In this document: positions 33,482-44,667 of the stretch, piece by piece
Position numbering within the stretch: the first letter of the stretch is position 1
Layout of the letters: each line of letters begins with the position of its first letter
From: Pseudomonadota bacterium
GTDB taxonomy: Bacteria; Pseudomonadota; Gammaproteobacteria; UBA9214
Length of the DNA: 64,000 nt
Direction: 5' to 3'
NCBI GenBank assembly: GCA_039714975.1
Contig: JBDLIH010000003.1
Coordinates: forward strand, 10,197 to 74,196
Notes under the pieces: generated by a model
What the model was told of the DNA's origin: nothing
Seen by the model: the letters and a program-made list of their open reading frames with translations, nothing else
Database searches by the model: none
Program-made: the position numbers and the translations under genes

Positions 33482-35140
33482 TTAATCGCTGTTTCCCGGC
33501 CAGTTGAGAAGCAGCAAGAATATCCCCAGACCTCCGCTTATCCAGCTAAGCAGTGGAGCACCCAGAACCATAAATGGTGCATGGCCATCAAGGCCATAGA
33601 TGATTGCTGCGGTTACAATAAGTCCGGTGCCAATGATGGCGTTAAAGCTGCGTCGATTGGCGCGGCGTACTTCAACTCTCAGGTGCTTGAGATCACGTGA
33701 AGTCCATTCCAACTGCAGTTTCCCGCTGGTCGCCTGCTCCAGGAAACGGTGAGCCAGTATCGGCATGTCCGGCAAGGTGTCGCTTAACGCAGGTATGCCT
33801 GCTTTCAGATTACGCAGCAATGAACGTGCCCCCAGCTGTTCACTCATGGTACGTTCCAGAAACGGTTTGGCGGTTTTCCAGAGATCCAGCGCGGGATACA
33901 GTTGTCTGCCCAGCCCCTCTATATTCAGCAGGGTTTTTTGTAACAGTACCAGTTGCGGCTGTACTTCCATGTTAAACCGGCGTGCCGTTTGAAACAGTCG
34001 CAGCAACACGTTGCCGAATGAAATTTCATTCAGCGGCTTTTCAAAGATCGGTTCGCATACGGTACGAATCGCGGCCTCGAATTCATCCACACGGGTGCCT
34101 TCGGGAACCCATTCCGATTCGACATGCAGTTCTGCCACACGTCGGTAGTCACGGTTGAAAAAGGCCAGAAAATTCTCTGCAAGATAGCGTTGATCAACGG
34201 GGTTGAGGCTGCCCATGATGCCAAAGTCCACGGCCATGTAGCGGCCGTCGGTACCGACAAAGATATTACCGGGGTGCATATCGGCATGGAAGAAGTTGTG
34301 GCAGAAAACCTGTGTGAAAAAGATCTCAACACCACGTTCAGAGAGTATTTTCAGGTCAATATTTTGCCTGCGAAGCTCGGCTATATTGCTGATTTGTATT
34401 CCATATATACGCTCCATCACCATCACGTCGGGTCGGCACCACGGCCAGTATACTTCCGGAACATAGAGCAGGTTGGTGCCACTGAAATTGCGCCTGAGTT
34501 GCGAGGCATTGGCGGCTTCGCGCAACAGGTCGAGTTCGTCGTAAAGGACCTTTTCAAATTCGGCAATGACTTCACGTGGTCGCAAGCGGCGACCGTGTTG
34601 CCAGTAACGTTCTGCCAGTCCTGCAAGCGTGTACAGGAGATTCAGGTCACGCGTAATTTGCTGGCGGACATTGGGGCGCAGCACCTTGATGACAACAGTC
34701 GTGCCATCCTTGAGTTGCGCAGCGTGTACCTGCGCGATAGAAGCAGATGCCAGGGGCGTTTCGTCGAATTGCCGGAAGATATCTTCTATCGGAGCCTCCA
34801 GCGAGGCCTCGATCACGGCACGCGCCTGGGTACCGGGAAAAGGTGGTACGTGATCCTGCAGGCGTGCCAGTTCCTCAGCGATATCATCCGGCAACAGGTC
34901 CCGGCGTGTTGACAGAATTTGTCCAAACTTTACGTAGATGGGTCCCAGATCTTCCAGTGCACGCCGGATACGGACACCCCGTGGTCCACGCGCCCGTGGT
35001 ACCCAGTTCCACGGTGCCAGGTAGTAGAGAAAGCGGAACGGCCGGAATAAATGCGTTGCGAGGATAATTTCATCCAGTCCATGGCGCGCCAGTACAAAAT
35101 TAATATGTACCAGTCGTGTGATTTGTGCCGGACGGATCAT
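33482..35140 (-). CDS. ubiB: Ubiquinone biosynthesis protein kinase-like UbiB
   Basis: 552 aa. ABC1/ADCK kinase motifs (KVLRP, ADMHPGN, VDFG). ubiE-ubiJ-ubiB synteny. Confidence 0.93.
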   Translation of the reverse strand: MIRPAQITRLVHINFVLARHGLDEIILATHLFRPFRFLYYLAPWNWVPRARGPRGVRIRRALEDLGPIYVKFGQILSTRRDLLPDDIAEELARLQDHVPPFPGTQARAVIEASLEAPIEDIFRQFDETPLASASIAQVHAAQLKDGTTVVIKVLRPNVRQQITRDLNLLYTLAGLAERYWQHGRRLRPREVIAEFEKVLYDELDLLREAANASQLRRNFSGTNLLYVPEVYWPWCRPDVMVMERIYGIQISNIAELRRQNIDLKILSERGVEIFFTQVFCHNFFHADMHPGNIFVGTDGRYMAVDFGIMGSLNPVDQRYLAENFLAFFNRDYRRVAELHVESEWVPEGTRVDEFEAAIRTVCEPIFEKPLNEISFGNVLLRLFQTARRFNMEVQPQLVLLQKTLLNIEGLGRQLYPALDLWKTAKPFLERTMSEQLGARSLLRNLKAGIPALSDTLPDMPILAHRFLEQATSGKLQLEWTSRDLKHLRVEVRRANRRSFNAIIGTGLIVTAAIIYGLDGHAPFMVLGAPLLSWISGGLGIFLLLLNWPGNSD

Positions 35141-35736
35141 GTGAGGCGTTTCAGCCGGGCTGTGAGGCGGTCAACATCCATGCTGATGCGGGTGACATCT
35201 GCGCTGAAATTTTCTGTTTCTATGCGGCTTGGCAGCACCCGCAGCTCTTCCTGCAGGTACTCACCGATATCTTTTTCAAGGGTGGCAAGGCCGTGCCGGA
35301 ATGCGCGGCGACCAAGGCGCGCGGTGTTACCCAGCTGGTGGGCGATGACATCGCCGGTCAGTCTGGAGAGCTGTTCTTCCCAGTCAATATCCAGTCCATC
35401 CAGTATGCCCTTGAAGGCCTGCCCGGTTTCAACATCACCTTCGATGACCACATCACCGGAAAACAGGGTCTTTTCTGTATTGCCGCCGAGGCCGAGACGC
35501 GCCATGCCCAGCGGTGTACCCCGCAATACCGTATCCGCTTCACCCTCTATATGGTCCTTGAGTTGAATACCGTGTTCAGCGGGGAAGATGAACAGGGTCA
35601 TATCAAGCCCGCGGAGGTCGATGCCAATACAGCGTCCGGACAAGGCTGCCATACGCGGTCCGATATCCGGATCAAGCCGCAGGTAGCGGTTGATAAGCGC
35701 TTCAAGCCCCGAGATCGCACTGGCGGACAGTTGCAT
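35137..35736 (-). CDS. ubiJ: Ubiquinone biosynthesis accessory factor UbiJ (SCP2 domain)
   Basis: 199 aa between ubiE and ubiB; SCP2-like N-domain; overlaps ubiB by 4 nt. Confidence 0.8.
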   Translation of the reverse strand: MQLSASAISGLEALINRYLRLDPDIGPRMAALSGRCIGIDLRGLDMTLFIFPAEHGIQLKDHIEGEADTVLRGTPLGMARLGLGGNTEKTLFSGDVVIEGDVETGQAFKGILDGLDIDWEEQLSRLTGDVIAHQLGNTARLGRRAFRHGLATLEKDIGEYLQEELRVLPSRIETENFSADVTRISMDVDRLTARLKRLT

Positions 35737-35788
35737 CAGCGGCCTCCTGCAGGCGCGGACAACATCGGGGCCTGTTGCGTGTCACGCA

Positions 35789-36532
35789 TCAAAATTTGTA
35801 GCCGCGGTGAAGCGCTACGATCCCGCCCGCCAGGTTATGGTAATCACAGCGTTCAAAGCCGGCCTGTTCCAGCATACCTTGCAGTGTCTGCTGGTCCGGG
35901 TGCATGCGAATGGACTCGGCCAGGTAGCGATAGCTGGGCCCATCATGCGCAATGAGTTGCCCCAGTTTTGGCAGGATGTTAAATGAATAAAAATCATAGG
36001 CTGGTTTTAATGCAGCCACCGGCCTTGAAAATTCCAGTACCAGCAGGCGGCCACCGGGCTTGAGCACACGGAAGATAGACCCCAGTGCGCGTTGTTTGTC
36101 CGTGACATTGCGCAGGCCAAATGCCATGGTCACCAGGTCGAAGCGGTTATCTGCGAACGGTAACTGCTCGGCATTGACCTGGGCAAAGGTGATATTCCCG
36201 GAGACGCCCTTGTCCAGCAGCTGACGGCGCCCGTTTTCCAGCATGGCGGCATTGATATCCGCCAGCACGATGTGTCCGTTGGAGCCCACACCGGGTGCCA
36301 TCAGTCGCGTCAGATCACCGGTACCACCGGCCAGGTCCAGCACCTGCTGCCCCGGCTTCGGTGCAGCCATGTTGATGGCAAACCGTTTCCACAAGCGGTG
36401 GATGCCGAACGACATCAGGTCGTTCATCAAGTCATAGTTGTCCGCAACGGAATCAAACACCTGCCGGACATGCCCGGTCTTTTCGGAGACGGGCACATTG
36501 CGAAAGCCGAAATGTGTGGTTTTGTCTGGCAT
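35789..36532 (-). CDS. ubiE: Demethylmenaquinone/2-methoxy-6-polyprenyl-1,4-benzoquinol methyltransferase
   Basis: 247 aa; SAM motif [11 protein letters not shown]; UbiE N-terminus [11 protein letters not shown]. Confidence 0.93.
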   Translation of the reverse strand: MPDKTTHFGFRNVPVSEKTGHVRQVFDSVADNYDLMNDLMSFGIHRLWKRFAINMAAPKPGQQVLDLAGGTGDLTRLMAPGVGSNGHIVLADINAAMLENGRRQLLDKGVSGNITFAQVNAEQLPFADNRFDLVTMAFGLRNVTDKQRALGSIFRVLKPGGRLLVLEFSRPVAALKPAYDFYSFNILPKLGQLIAHDGPSYRYLAESIRMHPDQQTLQGMLEQAGFERCDYHNLAGGIVALHRGYKF

Positions 36533-36582
36533 GGGTGGTTTTATTATGGCCTTATTTGGAAAGTTGCCGCAAAGAAACTGCT

Positions 36583-36951
36583 TTAGCTTCTTTCCCTGTG
36601 TTTGTGACCGGCTTTTTCCAGTTTTTCCAGATAGCGCTTCCAGTAGTTGTCCCTGTTCTTGCCCAGGTCATAGAGGGTTTCCCAGGAATAGATACCGGTA
36701 TCATGGCCATCATCAAAGGTCGGCTGGATGGCATAACTGCCGACCGGTTCGATGTGGGAGATCATGGCGTCTTCCTTGCCGACCTGCAGTACCCCCTGAC
36801 CCGGGCCGTGGCCCTGAACCTCTGCGGAGGGTGAGTGCACACGCAGAAACTCGTAGCTGAGTTCGAAACGTTCGCCATCTGAATAGCTGATTTCCAGTAT
36901 CCGGGATTTTTGATGCAGGTTGATCTCAACCGGTTTGGGTGCGTCTGTCAT
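36583..36951 (-). CDS. DUF971 domain protein (gamma-butyrobetaine hydroxylase-like N-terminal domain)
   Basis: 122 aa with a His/Cys-containing small domain pattern. Moderate recognition. Confidence 0.5.
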   Translation of the reverse strand: MTDAPKPVEINLHQKSRILEISYSDGERFELSYEFLRVHSPSAEVQGHGPGQGVLQVGKEDAMISHIEPVGSYAIQPTFDDGHDTGIYSWETLYDLGKNRDNYWKRYLEKLEKAGHKHRERS

Positions 36952-36970
36952 GGTGTCATTACTCTTGTGT

Positions 36971-38299
36971 TTACAGTATATAACGGCTCAGGTCTTCATC
37001 CTCGACCAGTGCTTCGAGGTGTTCGTCGACGTAGGCCGCATCAATCATCAGTGTACTGCCGGCACTGTCAGTGGCCTCAAAGGAAATGGTCTCCAGCAAG
37101 CGTTCCATGACGGTGTGCAGGCGGCGGGCACCGATATTTTCCGTACGTTCATTGACCTGGCTGGCGATCTCGGCAATGCGTGATATACCGTTCTCCGAGA
37201 ACTCCAGTGTGACCTGCTCGGTCGCCATGAGTGCACTGTACTGTTCCGTCAGGGAGGCATCCGGTTCGGTCAGGATGCGGCTGAATTCACTGGCACCCAG
37301 GGCATCGAGTTCAACCCTGATGGGCAGTCGCCCCTGCAGTTCCGGGATCAGGTCCGAGGGCCTGGACAGGTGAAACGCGCCGGATGCAATAAACAGGATA
37401 TGGTCTGTTTTGACCATGCCGTGCTTGGTTGAGACGGTGCTGCCTTCGACCAGCGGTAACAGGTCTCGCTGAACACCTTCACGTGAGACGTCCGGTCCGC
37501 TGGATTCCCCGCGCCGGGTGACCTTGTCGATTTCATCGAGAAATACGATGCCGTTTTGCTCGACGTTATCCAGGGCGTTCTGCTTGAGGTCATCCTCGTT
37601 AATCATTCGGGCGGCCTCTTCGTCACACAGCAGTTTGCGCGCGTCCCTGATGCGCAGTTTGCGGGACTTGGTACGGTTGCCGCCCATGTTCTGGAACATA
37701 CCCTGCAGCTGGCTGGTCATTTCTTCCATGCCGGGAGGGGCCATGATTTCCACGCCCACGGGCGTGACCGAGACCTCGATCTCGATTTCCCTGTCATCCA
37801 GGGTACCCTCACGGAGACGTTTGCGAAATTTCTGCCGGGTTTCAGAGGACCTGCTGTCCGCATCATCCGGTGCAATGCTTTTGGGTGGCGGCAGCAGGGC
37901 GTCAAGGATGCGGTCTTCGGCGGCATCTTCGGCGCGGTGGCGCACCTTGTCCATGGCGGTCTCACGTGCCAGCTTGATCGCGGCATCGGCCAGATCACGC
38001 ACAATGGATTCGACGTCACGCCCGACATAACCGACCTCGGTAAACTTGGTGGCCTCGACCTTGATGAAGGGGGCGTTGGCGAGTCGTGCCAGGCGACGCG
38101 CGATCTCTGTTTTGCCGACGCCGGTGGGACCGATCATCAGAATATTCTTCGGTGTGATCTCGGCACGCAGTTCTTCATCGACCTGCATGCGCCGCCAGCG
38201 GTTACGCAAGGCAATGGCCACAGCGCGTTTGGCGGCATCCTGGCCGATAATATGTTTGTCCAGTTCCTGGACGATTTCTCTTGGGGTCATTTCTGACAT
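36971..38299 (-). CDS. hslU: ATP-dependent protease ATPase subunit HslU
   Basis: 442 aa. [37 protein letters not shown], Walker A GPTGVGKT. Confidence 0.95.
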   Translation of the reverse strand: MSEMTPREIVQELDKHIIGQDAAKRAVAIALRNRWRRMQVDEELRAEITPKNILMIGPTGVGKTEIARRLARLANAPFIKVEATKFTEVGYVGRDVESIVRDLADAAIKLARETAMDKVRHRAEDAAEDRILDALLPPPKSIAPDDADSRSSETRQKFRKRLREGTLDDREIEIEVSVTPVGVEIMAPPGMEEMTSQLQGMFQNMGGNRTKSRKLRIRDARKLLCDEEAARMINEDDLKQNALDNVEQNGIVFLDEIDKVTRRGESSGPDVSREGVQRDLLPLVEGSTVSTKHGMVKTDHILFIASGAFHLSRPSDLIPELQGRLPIRVELDALGASEFSRILTEPDASLTEQYSALMATEQVTLEFSENGISRIAEIASQVNERTENIGARRLHTVMERLLETISFEATDSAGSTLMIDAAYVDEHLEALVEDEDLSRYIL

Positions 38300-38352
38300 G
38301 TTTGCTTCAATCTTTGAGTATTTAGGGGGTGTTTGTTGCCATTTGTTGATAA

Positions 38353-38931
38353 TTAGACGCTTAATTCCTCAAGCGTCAGATGTCGGTTCGTATAGATACA
38401 GATATCAGCGGCAATGCCCAGGGCTGTTTTCGTGATGGCCGGCGCGTCCATGTCTGTATTGTCCAGCAGTGCGCGAGCGGCCGCCTGTGCAAAGGGTCCG
38501 CCCGAGCCAATCGCCATTAGCGAATTTTCCGGTTCGATCACATCACCATTGCCACTGATAATCAACGAGGTTTCCCTGTCAGCCACGGCCAGCAGGGCCT
38601 CGAGGTTGCGCAGCATCTTGTTGCTGCGCCAGTCCTTTGCCAGCTCAACGGCTGCGCGTGTCAGTTGACCGCTGTGTGACTCCAGCTTGCCTTCAAACAG
38701 TTCGAACAGGGTAAAGGCATCCGCTGTTCCGCCGGCGAAACCGGCAATCACCTTGTCATTGTAGAGGCGGCGTACCTTGCGGGCATTGCCCTTCATGACG
38801 GTGTCGCCCATTGTGACCTGGCCATCGCCCCCAATGGCAACGGTATTGCCGCGCCGGACTGACAGGATGGTTGTACCGCGAAATTGGTCCACGTTGGAGC
38901 TCCGAAAAAGGGGCGTTCGATTGTACACCAT
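38353..38931 (-). CDS. hslV: ATP-dependent protease subunit HslV
   Basis: [23 protein letters not shown]...[14 protein letters not shown] is near-identical in pattern to E. coli HslV. No canonical start lies immediately before the catalytic Thr (see findings). The ORF coordinates are given. Confidence 0.85.
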   Translation of the reverse strand: MVYNRTPLFRSSNVDQFRGTTILSVRRGNTVAIGGDGQVTMGDTVMKGNARKVRRLYNDKVIAGFAGGTADAFTLFELFEGKLESHSGQLTRAAVELAKDWRSNKMLRNLEALLAVADRETSLIISGNGDVIEPENSLMAIGSGGPFAQAAARALLDNTDMDAPAITKTALGIAADICIYTNRHLTLEELSV

Positions 38932-39026
38932 TAGATTGGGCCAATCAGGCTGAATATAAAGGGATTTTATATCTATTCAGCACACCACAAAGACAAAGAG
39001 GTGAATGGCGCATACATCAATATCTT

Positions 39027-39108
39027 GCCACGGAAGCACACGGAATGACACGGAAGAAAAATGCCTTTAAAAGATTTATTTCCGTGTTTTTCCGTGTGCT
39101 TCCGTGGC
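39027..39108. repeat. Composite inverted repeat: 3 helically phased copies of CACGGAA, a 24-bp AT-rich spacer, then 3 phased copies of TTCCGTG
   Basis: gccaCGGAAgcaCACGGAAtgaCACGGAAg aaaaatgcctttaaaagatttat TTCCGTGtttTTCCGTGtgcTTCCGTGgc. The units recur every 10 bp and the arms are 27/29 complementary. Confidence 0.7.
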
Positions 39109-39134
39109 CAATGTGATTTTTGAACGGCTTGTCG

Positions 39135-40037
39135 TTATTTTGATTTGCGGGCGCGCGGGTGTGCGTTGTCGTAGACCTGTGCGAGGTGCTGGAAATCAAG
39201 GTGGGTATAGACCTGTGTGGTGCTGATATCCGCGTGACCAAGCAATTCCTGCACGGCACGCAGGTCGCCGCTGGATTCCAGCAGGTGGCTGGCGAAGGAG
39301 TGTCGCAGGGTGTGCGGGTGCAGGTCGCCGGGCACGCCCTGTCGGCGTGCCCAGTCCTTGACGCGTTGCTGCACCGTGCGTACCCCGATCCGCTTGCCAC
39401 TGCGCGCGGTAAAGATGGCGGGCTCGCTACGATCAGGGTGCTGCGGCCGCACCTGCTGCCAGGCACGCAAGGCGGTAATGGCCTTGTCACCCACGGGTAA
39501 TACCCGCGTCTTTGCGCCCTTGCCGGTGACGCGCACGGTGCGGTCATTAAAATCCACATCACCGCAGTTCAGTCCGACCAGTTCAGACAGTCGCAGACCG
39601 GATGAGTACATCAATTCCAGCATGGCAAGATCGCGCAGTGCCAGTGTGTCCCTGCTGCTGACATTCAGCAGGCTGGCGATGTCATCCACGCTCAGGGTGT
39701 CGGGCAGATGCTGTTCTGATTTGGGCGCAGGCACGTCCAGACCGGGGTTCAGGGTAACGGCCTGTTCTCGCAGCAGGTAATTGTAGAAGCTGCGCAGTGC
39801 TGACAGCCTTCGCTGGATGCTGCGCCCGCTCAGGCCACGGCGGTGACAGCGGGCCGCATAGTGCCTTACCTGCCGGGTATCGAGATCACGCCAGTGTTTG
39901 AGTCCGGCTTTGTCACACCAGTCCTGTAACTCCAGCAGATCACGCTGATAGTGTTTGCAGGTATTGTCAGACAGTCGCCGTTCGGTCTGCAGATGATGCA
40001 GGAACCTGTCGATCCAGTGACGGCCGGGGTTTGCCAC
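39135..40037 (-). CDS. xerC: Tyrosine site-specific recombinase XerC
   Basis: 300 aa. N-terminal core-binding domain, C-terminal catalytic R..HxxR..Y (HTLRHSFASHLL...TQVYTHL). dapF-yigA-xerC synteny. Confidence 0.9.
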   Translation of the reverse strand: MANPGRHWIDRFLHHLQTERRLSDNTCKHYQRDLLELQDWCDKAGLKHWRDLDTRQVRHYAARCHRRGLSGRSIQRRLSALRSFYNYLLREQAVTLNPGLDVPAPKSEQHLPDTLSVDDIASLLNVSSRDTLALRDLAMLELMYSSGLRLSELVGLNCGDVDFNDRTVRVTGKGAKTRVLPVGDKAITALRAWQQVRPQHPDRSEPAIFTARSGKRIGVRTVQQRVKDWARRQGVPGDLHPHTLRHSFASHLLESSGDLRAVQELLGHADISTTQVYTHLDFQHLAQVYDNAHPRARKSK

Positions 40038-40067
40038 GGTCTTCAGTGGTGCCGTTCAGTCCCGGTT

Positions 40068-40790
40068 TCAGTCCGTGAGCGGGGTGTCAGGGTTGAGATG
40101 TTCCGTCAGCAACAGGTCCATCAGCTCCCCCAGATGTGTCAGGAACAGCGTGCCCATGCCGGGATGGAAGCGACTGGCTTCCTGGCTGCCGATAGCCAGC
40201 AGGCCGTGTTTGCTGTGATGGCCCAGCGGTATCAGGGCGACCGATTCAATCGCCTGTGCCTGGTCACCAAACAGGTATTGCAGTTGCTCGGGTTTGAAGC
40301 GCCCGCACTGTGGTCGTGAGGTCTTCAGGAATGTTTCAAAATGCTGCAGCTCCGGGTCGTCCGGATCATAGAGGTCGACACCGCATTCACGTGTGAGTGC
40401 TTCAGCCATGCCGGCCAGACGCATGATGACGGTATCGGCCTTGAATTCACCAAGCAGGTTTTCACGCAGGGTATCCAGCAGCGTTTCCAGCGAGTGTGAC
40501 TTGATCAGGCCCAGTGTCAGCTGGTGCATGCGTTCATTGAGGCGATTGTTGTCCCGGGCGACATGCACCAGGTCCATGAGTTTGCGCTTCAGCTGACTGT
40601 TTTGATCACGCAATACCCTGACCTGGTATTCAACCAGCGAAACGGCGGGGCCTACGGCATGCGGGATTTGCAGGGAGGCCAGCAGACTGGCGTTGTTTTG
40701 GAAGAATTCCGGATTATCCCGCAGGTAATCGGCAACCGTTTTCTCTTCCAGAGGCAGTACCGGTGACTGAGTCTGCTGCGATGTCGTCAT
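40068..40790 (-). CDS. DUF484 family protein (YigA-like)
   Basis: 240 aa; conserved position between dapF and xerC; GAF-like C-terminal region. Confidence 0.8.
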   Translation of the reverse strand: MTTSQQTQSPVLPLEEKTVADYLRDNPEFFQNNASLLASLQIPHAVGPAVSLVEYQVRVLRDQNSQLKRKLMDLVHVARDNNRLNERMHQLTLGLIKSHSLETLLDTLRENLLGEFKADTVIMRLAGMAEALTRECGVDLYDPDDPELQHFETFLKTSRPQCGRFKPEQLQYLFGDQAQAIESVALIPLGHHSKHGLLAIGSQEASRFHPGMGTLFLTHLGELMDLLLTEHLNPDTPLTD

Positions 40791-41623
40791 AGTTCAATGC
40801 GTCCCTGGTAGACCGTGGTGGCAGGCCCGGTCATCAGCACCGGTTGCCCTTCGCCGGCCCAGCTTACCACAAGTTCACCGCCGTTCAGGATAACTTTGAC
40901 GCTTTCCGCCAATTGCTCCCGCAGGCGGCCGGCAACCACGGCCGCGCAGGCACCACTGCCGCAGGCCATCGTTTCCCCGGCGCCGCGTTCAAACACCCGC
41001 AAGCGGATGCTGCCTTCATCCACAAGCTGCATGAAACCGACATTGACGCGTTCGGGAAAGCGGGGATGATTTTCAATCGCCGGGCCAAGGCGGGCCACGG
41101 GGGCGGTCTCGATGTCATCGACCAGCAGCACGGCATGCGGATTGCCCATGGAGAGGGCCGCGATCTCGAGGTGCCGGTCAAGGACATCCAGCGTATAGGC
41201 CGTCTCGCGGCTGGGTGCAGCAAAGGGAATATCAGCCGGTTCCAGCCTTGGTACACCCATGTCGACGGTAATCCGGCCATCGGCCTGTTGTATGAGTTGC
41301 AGCGGGCCGCCAGCGGTTTCTACCTGTAGCTGTGATTTGTCCGTCAGTCCCTGGTCACGTACAAACTGCATGAAGCAGCGCGCACCATTGCCGCATTGTT
41401 GCACCTCACCCCCATCGGCATTGTAGATGCGGTAACGGAAGTCAGCCTCCGTGGTGGTGGCAGCCTCTACCAGCAACAGCTGGTCACAACCGATGCCGAA
41501 GTGGCGGTCAGCCAGCTGCCGGACCTGCTGTTGCGTCAGCGATACTGACTGGTTGATGGCGTCAATGACGACAAAGTCATTGCCAAGGCCGTGCATTTTG
41601 GTGAAGTTCAATGTCATTGTCAT
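40787..41623 (-). CDS. dapF: Diaminopimelate epimerase
   Basis: 278 aa. [15 protein letters not shown]; catalytic Cys motifs (GNGARC, SGACA). Confidence 0.95.
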   Translation of the reverse strand: MTMTLNFTKMHGLGNDFVVIDAINQSVSLTQQQVRQLADRHFGIGCDQLLLVEAATTTEADFRYRIYNADGGEVQQCGNGARCFMQFVRDQGLTDKSQLQVETAGGPLQLIQQADGRITVDMGVPRLEPADIPFAAPSRETAYTLDVLDRHLEIAALSMGNPHAVLLVDDIETAPVARLGPAIENHPRFPERVNVGFMQLVDEGSIRLRVFERGAGETMACGSGACAAVVAGRLREQLAESVKVILNGGELVVSWAGEGQPVLMTGPATTVYQGRIEL

Positions 41624-42873
41624 CAGGACGGCAACAGCTGTTCGTGACGATAAAGATCATCCAGGGTTTCGCGCTCACGAATGACAAAGGCCTGGTCACC
41701 ATCCACCATGACCTCGGCAACACGCGGGCGTGAATTGTAATTTGAGCTCATGGTGAAGCCGTAGGCGCCGGCGGAGCGTACTGCCAGCAGATCGCCTGCG
41801 GCCAGCACCAGTTCCCGCGCCTTGCCAAGGAAGTCACCCGTTTCGCAAATCGGACCCACGACATCATAGCGCGTCGGCCTGCCCTCACGCGGTCGCACCG
41901 GCACGATGTCGTGCCAGGCATCGTACAGCGCCGGGCGTTGCAGGTCGTTCATGGCGGCATCGACAATGGCAAAATTCTTGTGCGCAGCAGCTTTCAGGTA
42001 CTCCACACTGGTCAGCAGAATGCCGGCATTACCGGCAATGGCGCGGCCCGGTTCCAGCAGCAGTTCCTGCGGGCGGTCTGCCATACGGGCCAGCAGCGCC
42101 CGTGCATAGGTATCCGGCGGCGGCGGACTGTCCTGTGCCTCATAGGGGATGCCCAGACCGCCACCGAGGTCGATATGGGCCAGTTCAATACCGGCTGACT
42201 GCAGCCGGTCCACCAGTTGCAACACACGATCAAAGGCATCCACAAACGGTGCGATATCGGTCAGCTGTGAACCGATGTGGCAGTCAATACCGGTCACGTT
42301 CAGATGTGGCAGTTCGGCCGCGCGCCGATACACCTCCAGCGCCCGGTCGACATCAATTCCGAACTTGTTATCGCGCAAACCGGTAGAGATGTAGGGGTGT
42401 GTCTGTGCGTCGACATCGGGATTGACACGAATCGACACCGGTGCCCGGTGTCCGGTTTCGGCAGCAACGGCCTCCAGTCGGTCAAGTTCGGCCTCCGATT
42501 CCACATTAAAGCAGCGAATGCCCACCTCGAGGGCGCGTCGCATCTCGGCCGCACGTTTGCCGACACCGGAAAATACAATGCGTGAGGGATCGCCACCGGC
42601 CCGCAGTACACGCTCCAGCTCACCTGCCGAGACGATGTCGAAACCGGAGCCCAGACGCCCCAGTACCTGTAGCACGGCCAGGCTGGAATTGGCCTTCACG
42701 GCATAACAAATCAGGTGCGGGTGGCTGCCAAGTGCCGCGTCGAAGACATGCCAGTGGCGCTCAAGGGTTGCACGCGAATAGACATAACAGGGCGTGCCAA
42801 AGCGCTCGGCAATCTCGCCAAGATCAACGTCTTCGGCCTGCAGGCGGCCATTGTGATAGCTGAAGTAATCCAT
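41623..42873 (-). CDS. lysA: Diaminopimelate decarboxylase
   Basis: 416 aa; PLP motif YAVKAN; C-terminal EPGR and CETGD motifs. Confidence 0.95.
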   Translation of the reverse strand: MDYFSYHNGRLQAEDVDLGEIAERFGTPCYVYSRATLERHWHVFDAALGSHPHLICYAVKANSSLAVLQVLGRLGSGFDIVSAGELERVLRAGGDPSRIVFSGVGKRAAEMRRALEVGIRCFNVESEAELDRLEAVAAETGHRAPVSIRVNPDVDAQTHPYISTGLRDNKFGIDVDRALEVYRRAAELPHLNVTGIDCHIGSQLTDIAPFVDAFDRVLQLVDRLQSAGIELAHIDLGGGLGIPYEAQDSPPPPDTYARALLARMADRPQELLLEPGRAIAGNAGILLTSVEYLKAAAHKNFAIVDAAMNDLQRPALYDAWHDIVPVRPREGRPTRYDVVGPICETGDFLGKARELVLAAGDLLAVRSAGAYGFTMSSNYNSRPRVAEVMVDGDQAFVIRERETLDDLYRHEQLLPS

Positions 42874-42882
42874 GCGGGTGGT

Positions 42883-43026
42883 TCAGCTGTCGGGAGACTC
42901 GCTTTTCCCGGTCCCTGCTGACGGTTCTTGTTTATCGGGCAGGTACAGTGGTCCTTTCTGGCCACAGCCAGCCAGTACCATGGCGAAGACCAGCAACAGC
43001 AATCGGGTTGTAAGACGAGTTCTCAT
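42883..43026 (-). CDS. lptM: LPS-assembly lipoprotein LptM (YifL family)
   Basis: 47-aa lipoprotein with lipobox LAGC followed by GQKGPLYLP, directly upstream of lysA. The alternative start is 43035. Confidence 0.75.
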   Translation of the reverse strand: MRTRLTTRLLLLVFAMVLAGCGQKGPLYLPDKQEPSAGTGKSESPDS

Positions 43027-43105
43027 GGGGTGCATCCTGAATTTGTGACACCAGTATACGGTTAGAATGCGGCAAACCCAATGCCAAGCCGGCATACTAC
43101 GTGGC

Positions 43106-43789
43106 ATGAGCAAACTGTATCTTGAAGCTGTCGAAATCAATCCGGCCGGCACCCCGCGCGCCTGCATTATCTGGTTGCATGGCCTGGGTGCTGACGGCCA
43201 TGATTTCGAGTCGTTAATCCCGCAGCTGGGAATTGTTGAAACGCTGGGTGTGCGTGTGGTCCTGCCGCATGCGCCTCGCCGTCCCGTGACGATTAACGGG
43301 GGCATGGAAATGCCTGCCTGGTATGACATCAGGGCAACCGATTTCCAGCAGGGCCAGGACAGTGCGGGTATTCATGAATCCGAACAACAATTGCGGAACC
43401 TGATCCAGCGGGAAGTGGACAGTGGTATCCCGGTCGGGCACATCCTGCTTGCGGGGTTTTCACAGGGGGGGGCGATTGTATTACATACCGGGTTGCGTTA
43501 TCCGCAGCCACTGGCCGGTATCCTGGCCCTGTCCACCTATGTGCCCCTGGCAGATACCCTGGCGACGGAAGCTGCGGCTGCAAACAGCAAGATTCCGATT
43601 TTGATGGCGCATGGTATGCAGGATCCCGTGGTGCCTGTGAAACTCGCGCTGCAGTCACGTGACCTGCTGACAGGACTTGGCTATCACGTGAGCTGGCACA
43701 GCTACCCGATGCCGCATGCGGTGTGCCCGGAGGAGATCGGCGATGTGCGCGACTGGCTGCTGCTGCGGCTGGATCAGGGGCGTGCCTGA
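43106..43789 (+). CDS. Alpha/beta hydrolase, carboxylesterase/phospholipase family (YpfH-like)
   Basis: Nucleophile elbow GFSQGG; the motif HG..D at the catalytic Asp/His region; about 227 aa from MSKLYLE. Confidence 0.8.
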   Translation: MSKLYLEAVEINPAGTPRACIIWLHGLGADGHDFESLIPQLGIVETLGVRVVLPHAPRRPVTINGGMEMPAWYDIRATDFQQGQDSAGIHESEQQLRNLIQREVDSGIPVGHILLAGFSQGGAIVLHTGLRYPQPLAGILALSTYVPLADTLATEAAAANSKIPILMAHGMQDPVVPVKLALQSRDLLTGLGYHVSWHSYPMPHAVCPEEIGDVRDWLLLRLDQGRA

Positions 43790-43810
43790 CGGCCAGGCTT
43801 CGGTTCAGTC

Positions 43811-44629
43811 CTATATCTGGTTCGCGATCACGGTGCCACTGTCATTCTGACGTGCATCCGAGAGTGCCGACTCGGCACGCTCCAGCATGGATTCTACGTC
43901 ATCATTCTTCTGGCATTCGGTAATACCATAACAGGCGCGGATCGGGTGCTCCGCTGAATTGTTCATTTGTGTGATACGAGTTGCCAGCTTGTCGACCAGT
44001 TGCAATGCAGCACCCTGGGTTGTTTCCTGGAGGACCAGGATGAAATCATACCCGGCAGTGCAGCCCACCAGGTCTGCCCAGCGCGTCTGATCTTTCAGCA
44101 GGTAACTGATTTTGGTGATCGCCTTGTCACGCTCCTGGCCGGAATCAATGCTGATGTACACCAATGAAAGGGGGGTGTTGTAACGGCGGCTACGTGACAC
44201 CAGTGGCTCCAGTGAAATTTCTATCCCGTAGCGGCTTAACAGGCCGGGTAGTTGTTCATCCTTGAGGGCCTGCTTTTTGAGTTCCCGTTGCAGTGCATCG
44301 CGTTCTTTTTTAAGGCGCAGTTTTTCCGTGACATCCTGATAAAAACGCACGGTAATCCCGGGGGCATCATCGATGGTGCAGGTCTCAACCGCCAGCCAGC
44401 GTTCATCGCCATCCGGCATGATCCAGTTAATGACAGCGCCCGGTCCCAGCAGGGAGGTGACCAGCCCGTCCGCTTGCGATGCACCTTGCAGTGTGGCTGC
44501 AGCCTCACCGAGCAGTGCGGCGAAGGCGCTGTTAAGACCCTGTATTATGCCATTGTCATCGATCAGCAGCATGGCGGTCGGGTTGCTTTGCAGTAATGAT
44601 AGTGTTGCTGCATGTGAGAGGTCTTTCAT
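43811..44629 (-). CDS. PAS-domain protein with a degenerate GGDEF-like C-terminal domain
   Basis: N-terminal PAS-like region. The C-terminal region ...ISIDSGQERD...CTAGYDFILVLQET... resembles a GGDEF fold, with AGYDF in place of GG(D/E)EF. Confidence 0.5.
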   Translation of the reverse strand: MKDLSHAATLSLLQSNPTAMLLIDDNGIIQGLNSAFAALLGEAAATLQGASQADGLVTSLLGPGAVINWIMPDGDERWLAVETCTIDDAPGITVRFYQDVTEKLRLKKERDALQRELKKQALKDEQLPGLLSRYGIEISLEPLVSRSRRYNTPLSLVYISIDSGQERDKAITKISYLLKDQTRWADLVGCTAGYDFILVLQETTQGAALQLVDKLATRITQMNNSAEHPIRACYGITECQKNDDVESMLERAESALSDARQNDSGTVIANQI

Positions 44630-44667
44630 AGGCCTGATATAGCTCCGTTCTGTTAAAAGGGGTGACG

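Noticed and set aside
35125-35955. 276-aa plus-strand ORF (and 35051-35566)
   Set aside because: Antisense to ubiJ/ubiE, with a no recognisable motifs.
37556-38296. 246-aa plus-strand ORF
   Set aside because: Antisense to hslU; a GC-skew artefact.
38932-39026. Sigma-32 heat-shock promoter for hslVU
   Set aside because: Only weak matches (CTGAAT...CCCTTTAT with suboptimal spacing). I cannot support a call.
38871-39116. 81-aa plus-strand ORF
   Set aside because: It spans the heptamer inverted-repeat element. The translation is repeat-derived (FRVLPWPM, FISVFF) and there is no RBS.
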